A program made the translations under genes and the position numbers. From contig NZ_CP006965.1 of assembly GCF_000517445.1 (NCBI RefSeq), forward strand, positions 944,681 through 968,680: a DNA stretch of 24,000 nucleotides, given 5' to 3'. Below are positions 1 to 8,926 of the stretch, piece after piece. Source of the DNA: Thermococcus paralvinellae. Its GTDB lineage: Archaea > Methanobacteriota_B > Thermococci > Thermococcales > Thermococcaceae. The notes beneath the pieces are model-generated. The model saw nothing but the letters and a program-made list of their open reading frames with translations, was not told the DNA's origin and did no database searches. Every line of letters begins with the position of its first letter. The first letter of the stretch is position 1.

Positions 1-122
1 AAACTACTCCCCAAAATTTATACAGATGTTGCAATGAATTTGCTTAAATCCTGACTATTTATCCATTTTTTATATGGAAACATTTAAATATTCCTATTCC
101 ATTAACGCCGTTAAGGGAAATC

Positions 123-770
123 ATGAAGAAGTTTCCGGCATATCTCGCTTCTTGGGATGATATTGAGAGATGGGCAAAAGAAGGGGCTTTGAAGGTTCTT
201 AACGAAGGCTGGAAACCAGATGTTGTAGTTGGGCTTGCAAGAGGTGGCTGGGTTCCAGCAAGGCTGTACTGTGATTATCTCGGCGTTAAGGACTTAGTAA
301 GCATCAAAGTTGAGCACTGGGGGGTAACTGCCACACCAGATGGAAAAGCAAAGCTCAAATACGGAACAGAGTATCCTTTTGAAGGAAAGAAAGTTCTTAT
401 TGTTGATGATATAGCTGATACAGGGGAGAGCCTAACCCTTGCTAAAAACTATGTTGAAAGTAAAAATCCAGCTGAAGTTAAAGCTGCAACGCTGTTGACA
501 ATAAAAACTTCAAAGTTCAGACCAGATTATTACGGAGAAGAGATAGACTGGGCATGGATTGTATTCCCATGGAACTTCGTTGAAGATATGATAAATCTGA
601 CAAACAACCTCTTTGAAGAAAAAGAAAAACTCACAACAGATGAAATCATTGCATTATTCAAGGAGTTACACGGTATTGATGTTCCAAAAGAAAAGCTTGA
701 GGAAGCTTTAAGCATGGCAGAGAAGAGAAAAATATTTAAGAAAGAGGGTGGATTTTGGCTCAAACCTTAA
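123..770 (+). CDS. purine (hypoxanthine/xanthine-guanine type) phosphoribosyltransferase family protein
   Basis: 215-aa ORF with the type I PRTase PRPP-binding loop (KVLIVDDIADTGESL) and a VVGLARGGWVPARL motif. An AT-rich TATA-like stretch (catttaaatatt) lies about 30 nt upstream. The roughly 60-aa C-terminal extension has no recognisable motif. Confidence 0.8.
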   Translation: MKKFPAYLASWDDIERWAKEGALKVLNEGWKPDVVVGLARGGWVPARLYCDYLGVKDLVSIKVEHWGVTATPDGKAKLKYGTEYPFEGKKVLIVDDIADTGESLTLAKNYVESKNPAEVKAATLLTIKTSKFRPDYYGEEIDWAWIVFPWNFVEDMINLTNNLFEEKEKLTTDEIIALFKELHGIDVPKEKLEEALSMAEKRKIFKKEGGFWLKP

Positions 771-782
771 GGTTGTGGTACT

Positions 783-1103
783 TTGGATAAAGAAAAGACC
801 ATAGAGGCAATCAAAAAGCACAGCAACTATTCAAGAGAAATTTACGAGATGCATGAGGAGAGTATAAATAACGCTATCGACAACTATGAACAGCTGAAAG
901 AAGATTACCTGAATGACCACTCAAGAGCTAGGATAGTTAGAATCGTTATAAATGAGGACAACGACTTGCCATTGGCAATTGAATTCCATAAAAAAGACGA
1001 CTCCTTCAAAGGCTTCAGCATTGCAATAGGAAAACCATACATAAAGAGTGAAAATAATGGGAAAATCGAAGAACAAGAAAATTACGAAGAAAGTAACGGC
1101 TGA
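783..1103 (+). CDS. hypothetical small acidic protein
   Basis: 106-aa ORF opening with TTG 13 nt after the PRTase stop. The composition looks coding-like but no motif is recognisable. Its 3' end overlaps the convergent gene at 1082-2881 by 22 nt. Confidence 0.4.
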   Translation: MDKEKTIEAIKKHSNYSREIYEMHEESINNAIDNYEQLKEDYLNDHSRARIVRIVINEDNDLPLAIEFHKKDDSFKGFSIAIGKPYIKSENNGKIEEQENYEESNG

Positions 1104-2881
1104 ACATAGAATCCATCTTCTATCTTTTCTCCATTATAAATTTCATAGCTGACAAGATAATAAGTCGGATTTCTGTATCTTCTTGTTGAATATCTATCTA
1201 CGCCAGCAATCCACACTATATAATTGTCTTTTTTGAGGGGATTTCTTATGGCGAGCAATAGGGATGTCTGGGGAGAAGTATAAGAAAGCTCTGTAAAGGA
1301 AACTTCTTTTATGTTATCTGGAGTTATGACAAATGTTCTAACACTTCCAAAATCTGGATTTTTCTCTAAAACCCAGATGCCGTTCTCAAACACAAACCTT
1401 AATGGGAAGTAGTCCTCAAACTGCTGGACAACTTTGTTGCTAACAGGCCCACCTATGAGGATTAAGTCTTTCCTCAAGTCTTCATCCGTCAGGTTTACAT
1501 CTGCCTTAACCTCGATTTTAATGTCTCCAGGCCACTGTGAGTAAAATGTTTCGAGATAGCTTTTCACGATCTCCGCAGTTTCTCTATCATATTCAGATCC
1601 TTTTTTATCTGGATTCTGAGTGCCATAGACAATTATTACTTCTCCTTCCTTTACAACATCATCTAAAGCTCTTAAAGGAGTAATAGGAACATTTTTCTCA
1701 TAAAGCTCCTTGGCCTTTTCTGGAGGAACTTTTTTAGCCAGATCATCGAGCATCTTGTAGACATACTCATCAAAGGTCTTGTTCTCTTCTAAGCTTAAAG
1801 CGGTGTATTTTTGATAGAGCTCTATCATATAATCTTGCCAAAATTCGCCCCATGCTTTCTGCATTTGGAGACTCCACTCGGCATAATCCTTATCTATATG
1901 ACTTAGGGCAAAGTATGCCCAGCCGTCCGCAAAGCTCTCATAAATCATCATTGTATCAAACCAGAAGTGAATATCATAGATTGCTAAATAGGGCATGTCA
2001 TCTTCTATTGTGTCTTCAAGATAGCGGAGAGGTCTAACTTTATATCCGTAATATTCCTCCAGTTTTTCATTCGTGATATCATGTCCTAGCTCGTGATAAA
2101 TGAAGTCCAAAACCCAAAGCTCATCAAATTTCCTGTTATTTACATAAACAGCGTTAAGAGGAAGACCAAAAATTGTATCTTTAGCTCTTTCCAAGCTCCA
2201 TAAAGTCCTTGGCGGTGCTCTCCTTACTAGCGGAGGTATTCCACCTGAGCCGTAAATCTTAGTTCCATTCTCTTCTCTGTAAAAGCTGTGTCCATGGATG
2301 CATACTAGATACGGCAGATGGAATTCAAATTTGGTATTTGTTAGGTTCATGTAGGGTTTCATGAATTCATCTGGAGGTAATAGCTGAATAGCAGATGCAT
2401 AAACTTCCAAATCTTGTTCATAATAACTTTCGTGGGCTTTGAAAAACTTCATAAAGTTCGTATCTTGGGCAAATTTTCTCAGAGCATTAACTATTTTGTC
2501 TAGCTCTGGGTCCTGCCACTCTGTATGAAGTCTTCTCATTTCTGGAGGACTCGAGAACTGAAGAACATATGCATCGAGGACAAAAAGCTTGTAGTCTCTC
2601 TGAGGGACTGTTTTTGCATCGCTGAAGTACTGCTTAAGTGCTTGAATTGCTTCATGATCTTTGTATTTGCCAAAATACGCATCAACATCTCTCAAATATT
2701 TCTCTCTGTGAATTACAAACTCATCTTGACCAAATGTAATATAATAAACAACGCTCAAAAGTTCCTCATTCGGGTTTATTCCAATGAGAACCTTATCCGT
2801 TTTATATTGATGGGCATAAGTGGGAGAAGCAAGAATTATGAAAACAAGAAGTATTAAAACTTTTCTCACATTACCACCCAT
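1082..2881 (-). CDS. secreted/membrane-anchored putative zinc metallopeptidase-like protein (HExxH)
   Basis: 599-aa ORF with an N-terminal hydrophobic signal or anchor (VLILLVFIILASPTYA) and a single HExxH motif (FIYHELGHD). The N-terminal half resembles DUF4932-type putative peptidases from memory; this is not verified. An alternative GTG start 12 nt downstream would have a GGTGGT ribosome-binding site. Confidence 0.75.
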   Translation of the reverse strand: MGGNVRKVLILLVFIILASPTYAHQYKTDKVLIGINPNEELLSVVYYITFGQDEFVIHREKYLRDVDAYFGKYKDHEAIQALKQYFSDAKTVPQRDYKLFVLDAYVLQFSSPPEMRRLHTEWQDPELDKIVNALRKFAQDTNFMKFFKAHESYYEQDLEVYASAIQLLPPDEFMKPYMNLTNTKFEFHLPYLVCIHGHSFYREENGTKIYGSGGIPPLVRRAPPRTLWSLERAKDTIFGLPLNAVYVNNRKFDELWVLDFIYHELGHDITNEKLEEYYGYKVRPLRYLEDTIEDDMPYLAIYDIHFWFDTMMIYESFADGWAYFALSHIDKDYAEWSLQMQKAWGEFWQDYMIELYQKYTALSLEENKTFDEYVYKMLDDLAKKVPPEKAKELYEKNVPITPLRALDDVVKEGEVIIVYGTQNPDKKGSEYDRETAEIVKSYLETFYSQWPGDIKIEVKADVNLTDEDLRKDLILIGGPVSNKVVQQFEDYFPLRFVFENGIWVLEKNPDFGSVRTFVITPDNIKEVSFTELSYTSPQTSLLLAIRNPLKKDNYIVWIAGVDRYSTRRYRNPTYYLVSYEIYNGEKIEDGFYVQPLLSS

Positions 2882-2962
2882 GGTAATTTGTGAAAATTGG
2901 CTTAAAAATTTTGCACAAAGTTTTAAAGTTAAATAACTTAATGATTTTAGGGTGACCTAAAA

Positions 2963-3943
2963 ATGAAAGTGAAAGCTGTTATACTCACGCTCCTTATCAT
3001 TTCATTCATAATTCCCGGTGTGTGTGCCGAAAAGCCTCTTGTGGTTGCGAGCATATCTCCCTTAGCAGAGATAGTGAGGGAATTGTTCGGCGATTCCGTA
3101 GAAGTGGTTTATATTATTCCACCGGGAGCTGATCCCCATCAATACCAGCTTACTCCCGAGCAGATTGAACTCATCAAAAAGGCTGATGTTGTTGTTACAG
3201 CCAACGGACATTTGCCAGCAGAACAAAAGATAAAGCAACTTAAGGAAGAAGGAACAATAAACGCAGATGTACTGTTCGCAGAGGATTATGCGAAATATGG
3301 CTTCAGATTTCTACCCGAGAGATGGTACAATAATAAGAACAACCCTCATGGAGTTTGGCTTGACCCTCATAACGCTCTGGCAATTGCAAAAGCAACGACG
3401 GAGGCATTATCAGAAAGATATCCACAGAACAGAGAGCTTTATGAAAAACAGTATGAAAAGTTTGAGACAAAAGTTCTGGCAATAATCGAAGCTTACAAAG
3501 CTTTGGCTGAAAATGCAACTGCTGTAATCGAAATGCCCTCCCAGCAATATGCTCTTGAGTGGCTTGGCGTAAAAGCTGTTGCCTCAATTAAGCCTGAAGA
3601 GGAAGTTCCAGCTAAGGACGTTGATGATATGATTAACATGGGGCAAACTGTTGATATTATTGCTTATTCTTCTCAAAGCCCTGAATCATTAAAAAATGCT
3701 GCCCTTGAGTTCTCTCAAAGAATCGGTAAACCTTTAGCCGATATAACCACAAGTTGGATCGACAAGCCTTACACTGAGATTTTAATTGCAAACTCCAAAG
3801 CTGTGATAGAAGCATTAAATCTAAGAACACATGCAGTTCCACAAACTGTAAAAGCGGAAAACATTAATGAGGTTTACATCATCTTAGCCCTGGTTGTTGG
3901 AATTTCACTAGGCATGGCGATTGGAGTTTTGATTAAAAAGTAA
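2963..3943 (+). CDS. ZnuA/TroA-family (cluster A-I) metal ABC transporter substrate-binding protein, C-terminally membrane anchored
   Basis: 326 aa with an N-terminal signal peptide (ILTLLIISFIIPGVCA). It carries PGADPHQYQLTP and WLDPHN motifs typical of Zn/Mn/Fe-binding substrate-binding proteins. The C-terminus is a TM helix plus basic tail (VYIILALVVGISLGMAIGVLIKK). A GGTGA ribosome-binding site lies about 8 nt upstream of the ATG. Confidence 0.8.
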   Translation: MKVKAVILTLLIISFIIPGVCAEKPLVVASISPLAEIVRELFGDSVEVVYIIPPGADPHQYQLTPEQIELIKKADVVVTANGHLPAEQKIKQLKEEGTINADVLFAEDYAKYGFRFLPERWYNNKNNPHGVWLDPHNALAIAKATTEALSERYPQNRELYEKQYEKFETKVLAIIEAYKALAENATAVIEMPSQQYALEWLGVKAVASIKPEEEVPAKDVDDMINMGQTVDIIAYSSQSPESLKNAALEFSQRIGKPLADITTSWIDKPYTEILIANSKAVIEALNLRTHAVPQTVKAENINEVYIILALVVGISLGMAIGVLIKK

Positions 3944-3944
3944 G

Positions 3945-3957
3945 AAAAAAAGAAAAT
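3945..3957 (-). terminator. oligo-T archaeal terminator candidate for the minus-strand ABC operon
   Basis: The plus strand reads aaaaaaagaaaat, so the minus strand reads ATTTTCTTTTTTT, beginning 5 nt 3' of the permease stop codon. Confidence 0.45.
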
Positions 3958-3961
3958 AAGC

Positions 3962-4867
3962 TCACTCTCTCTTGTAAGGTCTTCCATCCCACTTTGGCGG
4001 TCTTACTTTTCCAATGATTCCTGCAACGATAATTATTGTCACTATATATGGTAGTGTAGCAACAAACTGCCATGGAACAACTTGTGAAACTGCTGGATTT
4101 GTTCTTACCCACACCGAAAGATTATCAAAGAATCCAAAGAGAAATCCACCGATCAATGCCCTTACTGGGTTCCAGCCACTGAATACCATGTTCGCTAATG
4201 CAATGAAACCTCTACCTGAAGATATTTCCTTTGTGACAACTCCGAGCCAGTCAACGCTCAAATAAGCCCCTCCAAGTCCAGCTAGAGTTGCTCCATAGAC
4301 TGTTGCTAAAAATCTGTATCTCTCGACATTAACACCCAATGCATCTGCTGCCTCTGGGTTCTCACCAACTGCTCTTATTCTAAGTCCTAATGGAGTTCTA
4401 AAGAGTACCCAGTGTGTTAGGAACACAATTATGAAAGTTACAAGCACCATAGGACTTAATCCACCATAAGGCGTGTTTATTAGTGGTTGGATTCTAATGT
4501 TTGATGGAACTTGGTGTTGTCCGGCTGTGCCCCAAATTGCTGTAATTCCGAAGGCAACTACACCTAAAGCCAACAAATTCACACCGATACCAGGAATAAT
4601 GTGGTCTCCTTTAAGGTAGACTGTTATTGCACCATGAAGCATTCCAAGGAGCATCCCAATAAAAGCCCCTCCTAAAAGTCCAATCCATCCACTACCGCTC
4701 ATCTCTGCAAATATTGCGCCAAACAGTGCTGACATGAGTAGAATTCCTTCATATCCGATGTTCACAACTCCTGCTCTTTCACTTACCACTGCCCCCGTGC
4801 TTGTCAATACTATTGGAACCATTGCTGTCAATGATCCAAGAAGGATTGAGAGTATCATATCTATCAT
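3962..4867 (-). CDS. ABC transporter permease (BMP/CUT2-type, second permease)
   Basis: 301-aa polytopic hydrophobic protein. A 4-nt start/stop overlap with the upstream permease (4864-4867) indicates translational coupling within the operon. Confidence 0.85.
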   Translation of the reverse strand: MIDMILSILLGSLTAMVPIVLTSTGAVVSERAGVVNIGYEGILLMSALFGAIFAEMSGSGWIGLLGGAFIGMLLGMLHGAITVYLKGDHIIPGIGVNLLALGVVAFGITAIWGTAGQHQVPSNIRIQPLINTPYGGLSPMVLVTFIIVFLTHWVLFRTPLGLRIRAVGENPEAADALGVNVERYRFLATVYGATLAGLGGAYLSVDWLGVVTKEISSGRGFIALANMVFSGWNPVRALIGGFLFGFFDNLSVWVRTNPAVSQVVPWQFVATLPYIVTIIIVAGIIGKVRPPKWDGRPYKRE

Positions 4868-5904
4868 TTTCTCACCACCCTCTTAACCAAGTCCCACAGG
4901 CCTGGAATTGCCACAGCAACGACAATTATACCTTGCACTACCTTAACCATCTCTAATGGAACTCCGGCATCTATCTGCATGTATGTTGCTCCTGCTTTCA
5001 ATGCACCGAAGAAAATACCGCTGAAGATTATACCTATTGGGTGGTTTCTTCCTACTAAAGAAACACCAATTCCATCAAAACCGTAACCGTAGATGTTTGC
5101 CATTCCTTGGCTTATTGCATAGCTTGGTGGTCTGCCCATAACTTCAGTTGCTCCTGCCAAACCGCTCATCATGCCACCAAGGAGGAATGACCAGATGATA
5201 GCTTTTTTTGGATTGATTCCACCATATCTTGCAGCTCTCTCATTGTACCCGCTTGCTCTTAATTCAAATCCCAAAACTGTATGCCAGAGTATGTAGTATG
5301 TAATGATAGCAGCAGCTATTGAAATTATAAACGCAAGCGAAAATTCACTGCCTTTCATAAGCAGTGGCAACCTGGCACTTGCAGGAATTTCCAGTGTTTT
5401 GTTAGGATCATTGGGATTCGCTAGTGGGCCCAGAACAAGGTACAAGGCGGTATAAAACGCAATCCAGTTGAGCATGATTGTTGAGATAACCTCATGAACC
5501 CCTCTGTAAACCTTAAGCAAGGCAGCAGGAAGCGCCCAAAGAACTCCTGCTATAATTCCTCCGATGAGACCCCATAAGGGATTTGCAAACATGTTTGTAA
5601 AGACTATAGCAGCTATTGCACCAAAATAAACTGTACCCTCTGCACCAATGTTGAATATTCCAGTTCTTGCGCTTATTGCAAAAGTTAGTGCTGTTAAAAT
5701 TATTGGAGTTGCTGCACTCAGAGTCATAGACCATCCATAAGTTGAACCCACAGCCCCTTTTACCAATGCAATATAAGCCTTAATTGGACTATATCCCGAA
5801 AACTTCAGAACTATTGCTCCGATTAATACACCTATTGCAACGGCTATAAGGCTCTCCATGATGGGTCGTATGAAGTTGGAAATTACAATTTTATCAGCTT
5901 TCAT
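4864..5904 (-). CDS. ABC transporter permease (BMP/CUT2-type, first permease)
   Basis: 346-aa polytopic hydrophobic protein that overlaps the ATPase gene end (5894-5904). Confidence 0.85.
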   Translation of the reverse strand: MKADKIVISNFIRPIMESLIAVAIGVLIGAIVLKFSGYSPIKAYIALVKGAVGSTYGWSMTLSAATPIILTALTFAISARTGIFNIGAEGTVYFGAIAAIVFTNMFANPLWGLIGGIIAGVLWALPAALLKVYRGVHEVISTIMLNWIAFYTALYLVLGPLANPNDPNKTLEIPASARLPLLMKGSEFSLAFIISIAAAIITYYILWHTVLGFELRASGYNERAARYGGINPKKAIIWSFLLGGMMSGLAGATEVMGRPPSYAISQGMANIYGYGFDGIGVSLVGRNHPIGIIFSGIFFGALKAGATYMQIDAGVPLEMVKVVQGIIVVAVAIPGLWDLVKRVVRK

Positions 5905-7423
5905 TTTTGATACCTCCCATCATAAGTCCGATTTGCTCTTCTGTTACCTCTTCGGGCTTTACAATGCCTACAAACTGTCCCTCATACATTATTGCCATTC
6001 TATCGCTGAGTTGGAGAACTTCATCTAAATCAGCGGATACCAATAAAACTGCTTTGTTCTCGTTTCTGAGCTTGACGAGATAGTTTCTGATGTATTCCGT
6101 TGATGCAACGTCGACACCTCTTGTAGGCTGAGATGCGACTATTAACAGAGGTTCTTTGCTAACTTCTCTTGCAACAATAAGCTTTTGTTGGTTACCACCA
6201 CTCAAGCTTTTAACGGGAGCATCCACTCCTGGTGCAACTACTTCAAACTTTTCTATAAGCTCTTGAGCGTGTTTTTTAACGTTACTCCATTTGATGGAGT
6301 TCAATATTCCTGTAAACTTTTTATTCCAGTGAAGACCCAAGATAGAGTTTTCAGCAACGGTCATGTCAAGAATCAACCCCATGTTAGTTCTGTCTTCTGG
6401 TATGTGGGCTACTCCCAAATCATAGAGTTCTTTTGGAGGCCTGCCTGTGATATCCTTACCATTGAGGATTACCCTACCCTTTTCAATCTTTCTCAGGCCA
6501 GTGATAGCTTCAATCAATTCAGTTTGCCCATTTCCTTCAACACCTGCAATTCCAAATATCTCACCGGCTCTTACTTCAAATGTTAAGCCCTTAACGGCAT
6601 CTTCTCCTCTATCTCCCTTTACCCACAAGTCTTCCACTCTCAATATAGGTTCCCCAGGTTCCTTTGGAGGCTTTTGAATTCTCAAAACAACATCTCTACC
6701 AACCATCATCCTTGCCAAGAGCTGAGGTGTAGCTTCGCTTGTGTTTACTGTTCCTATAAGTTCACCTTTCCTGAGAACTGTAACCCTATCAGTTATCTCC
6801 ATTACCTCTCTAAGCTTGTGGCTGATGAAAATTATAGTTTTCCCTTGTTCTTTGAGCTTTCTCAAAACATCAAACAGCTCTTTAACTTCAATAGGAGTAA
6901 GCACAGCAGTTGGCTCATCCAAAATGAGGACATCAACATCTCTATACAAAACCTTCAAAATTTCAATTCTCTGCTGAACCCCAACTGGAAGATTCTCTAC
7001 TGGTACATCCAGAGGAACTTGAAAATTCAGCTCATCCATAAGCTTTTGCAGTTTGGCTCTTGCCTTATTTACATCAATGTTAGAGAACAACCCATGTCCT
7101 TCCATCCCCAAAATTATGTTGTGAAGGGCATCAAAAACCTCAACGAGAGTAAAATGCTGGTGAACCATACCAATTCCATTAGCAAGAGCATCAGCAGGGC
7201 TTTTAAATCGAACCTCCTTTCCATTCACATAGATTTTACCCTCAGTTGGATGAAGCATACCAGAGAGGATTTTCATCAAAGTGGTTTTACCAGCACCATT
7301 CTCACCTAAAAGGCCATGAATCTCCCCCTTTCTAACAGAGAAGTCAACACCTTTCAGAGCCTTAGTTCCATCAGGATAAACCTTAACAATATTCTCCATT
7401 TTTATGATGGGGACTTCTTCCAT
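5894..7423 (-). CDS. ABC transporter ATP-binding protein with two fused ABC domains (CUT2/BMP-type)
   Basis: The first domain has Walker A GENGAGKTT, signature-like LPVGVQQRIEI and Walker B VLILDEPT. The second domain has a degenerate Walker A GVEGNGQTE and signature LSGGNQQK. I place the start at the ATG at 7423 (MEEVPIIK...) because a GGAGGTGG ribosome-binding site sits 4 nt upstream. The track start at 7444 lies within or upstream of this RBS, making it less likely. Confidence 0.9.
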   Translation of the reverse strand: MEEVPIIKMENIVKVYPDGTKALKGVDFSVRKGEIHGLLGENGAGKTTLMKILSGMLHPTEGKIYVNGKEVRFKSPADALANGIGMVHQHFTLVEVFDALHNIILGMEGHGLFSNIDVNKARAKLQKLMDELNFQVPLDVPVENLPVGVQQRIEILKVLYRDVDVLILDEPTAVLTPIEVKELFDVLRKLKEQGKTIIFISHKLREVMEITDRVTVLRKGELIGTVNTSEATPQLLARMMVGRDVVLRIQKPPKEPGEPILRVEDLWVKGDRGEDAVKGLTFEVRAGEIFGIAGVEGNGQTELIEAITGLRKIEKGRVILNGKDITGRPPKELYDLGVAHIPEDRTNMGLILDMTVAENSILGLHWNKKFTGILNSIKWSNVKKHAQELIEKFEVVAPGVDAPVKSLSGGNQQKLIVAREVSKEPLLIVASQPTRGVDVASTEYIRNYLVKLRNENKAVLLVSADLDEVLQLSDRMAIMYEGQFVGIVKPEEVTEEQIGLMMGGIKNES

Positions 7424-7468
7424 TATTCCACCTCCAAAATCCAAAATTAAGAAGAAAGAAAAGAGAAA

Positions 7469-8794
7469 TCAGCTGCTGCTTCCCCACTGTTTGGCTAGTT
7501 CTTCCATCTCTTGCCAGGTCTTTGCATTTCTTAGTGCTTCAATCTGTTCCTTGTTCGTTGCCTTTGGAACTACTATTTCACCACTGAGTATCTTCTGCTT
7601 GAGTTCGTCAACTGCCTGCCAGATCCAGTCTGGGATTTGCTTTCTTGTTTGTTCAAGCTTTGCAAAGAGCTCATCCTCACTCTTAAAGCCAAGCTCTTCG
7701 AGTTTCTTCTTCTTAACATCTTCTGGGAGTGAACCAAACATGGCCTTAACATCATCAATTGTGCTGACTCCAACACCGCCATCAGCAAGTCCGAGCTCTA
7801 CGATTCCTCCTTTGAATGTTCCCTTGACTGCTGCTTCAACAGCCTTGTAGACACCAACGTCGACTCTCTTCATCATACTTGCAATGATCACACCTGGCTT
7901 AATCCAGTCCTGTGCTGAGTCAACACCGATGGCAAATGGTGGACCAAATTCTTTTCCTTGGCTCTTTAGGTATTCCTCAACTGCATCGAAAACACCCAAA
8001 CCAACTGCACCAGCAATCTGGTAAATCACCCATGCACCTTGTCCAAGTTGAGCCTGGGCAGCGGTCTTACCCTTAGCTGGGTCAGTGAATGAACCTGTGT
8101 AGGTGTAGAGAACTTGTATGTTAACGTCCTTTCCAGTCTTCTTCTTATAGTAATCCTCAGCCCACTTTACACCAAATCTGTAACCACCTTCGAACTTGTA
8201 GAGAACTGGGATTTCAATACCAAGGACTGCACCAACCTTATCTTTGCCGTCGTTTGCAGCAATAAGTCCAGCCAGTGCACCAACCAAGGCTGAACCTTCG
8301 TTTTCCTTGAAGAGGATACTCATGACGTTTGGCTTGTCTGGAATATATCCGTCAATGATTGCGAACTTCTGGTTGGGGAACTCATCTGCAACTTGCTTGA
8401 CAGCGTCAGTCATCATGAAACCAACTGCAATGATTATATCATACTTTCCGCTTTGAGCAAGAACTCTAAGGTTTGGTAAGTAGTCACTCTCACTCTTACT
8501 TTGTACTTCCTTTAATTCAAGTCCAAAGTCCTTTGCTGCTCTTGAAGCACCTAAGTAAGCCATATCGTTAAAGCTCAGATCACCTCTTCCACCAACGTCA
8601 TAAACGATTGCTATTGCACCTTTGACTTTGGGTTTCTCTGTTGATGTCTGTGTTTGAGCGGGAGTTGTTGTTTGTTGAGCAGGAGTTGTGGTCTTCTCAG
8701 GTGTTGTGGTTTTTTCTCCTCCGATACAGCCACTAGCAACTACGCTAAATGCCAACACACCAATTAAAAACAAAGCCAATATTGACTTTCTCAT
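7469..8794 (-). CDS. BMP-family (PnrA/Med-like) ABC transporter substrate-binding lipoprotein, probable nucleoside/purine binding
   Basis: 441 aa with a signal peptide ending in a lipobox-like ASGC (Cys23). A Thr/Pro-rich linker follows (TTTPEKTTTPAQQTTTPAQTQTSTEKPK). The BMP-like core contains AIVYDVGGRGDLSFND and IIAVGF. It is the first gene of the operon, and a GGGGTG ribosome-binding site lies upstream. Confidence 0.85.
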   Translation of the reverse strand: MRKSILALFLIGVLAFSVVASGCIGGEKTTTPEKTTTPAQQTTTPAQTQTSTEKPKVKGAIAIVYDVGGRGDLSFNDMAYLGASRAAKDFGLELKEVQSKSESDYLPNLRVLAQSGKYDIIIAVGFMMTDAVKQVADEFPNQKFAIIDGYIPDKPNVMSILFKENEGSALVGALAGLIAANDGKDKVGAVLGIEIPVLYKFEGGYRFGVKWAEDYYKKKTGKDVNIQVLYTYTGSFTDPAKGKTAAQAQLGQGAWVIYQIAGAVGLGVFDAVEEYLKSQGKEFGPPFAIGVDSAQDWIKPGVIIASMMKRVDVGVYKAVEAAVKGTFKGGIVELGLADGGVGVSTIDDVKAMFGSLPEDVKKKKLEELGFKSEDELFAKLEQTRKQIPDWIWQAVDELKQKILSGEIVVPKATNKEQIEALRNAKTWQEMEELAKQWGSSS

Positions 8795-8840
8795 GTGGTA
8801 ACACCCCTGGAAGTTTTCTCATTCATGAAAAGATACACCC

Positions 8841-8855
8841 TTAAATATATATTTT
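8841..8855. promoter_or_regulatory. TATA-box candidate in divergent intergenic region (BMP operon promoter, possibly bidirectional)
   Basis: The near-palindromic TTAAATATATATTTT lies about 50 nt upstream of the minus-strand ATG at 8794. This spacing fits an archaeal TATA box plus a short leader carrying a ribosome-binding site. Confidence 0.45.
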
Positions 8856-8926
8856 GTGGTAGGTTTCCTCGGGTTTTTTGGAGATTTTTCGAAAAATTAT
8901 TAAGGCTCTTTCACATTATCACCGGC

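Noticed and set aside
6185-7850. Plus-strand track ORFs 6185-6586, 6447-6677, 6674-7309, 6741-6977 and 7404-7850.
   Set aside because: They are antisense to the well-supported ABC ATPase and BMP binding-protein genes. Their translations are low-complexity (Ser/Leu/Phe-rich) and lack motifs.
8795-8926. The N-terminal 44 codons of track ORF 8795-9382.
   Set aside because: They overlap the divergent promoter and TATA region of the BMP operon and begin with GTG directly at the neighbouring gene's start. The internal ATG at 8927 is more plausible, though still uncertain.
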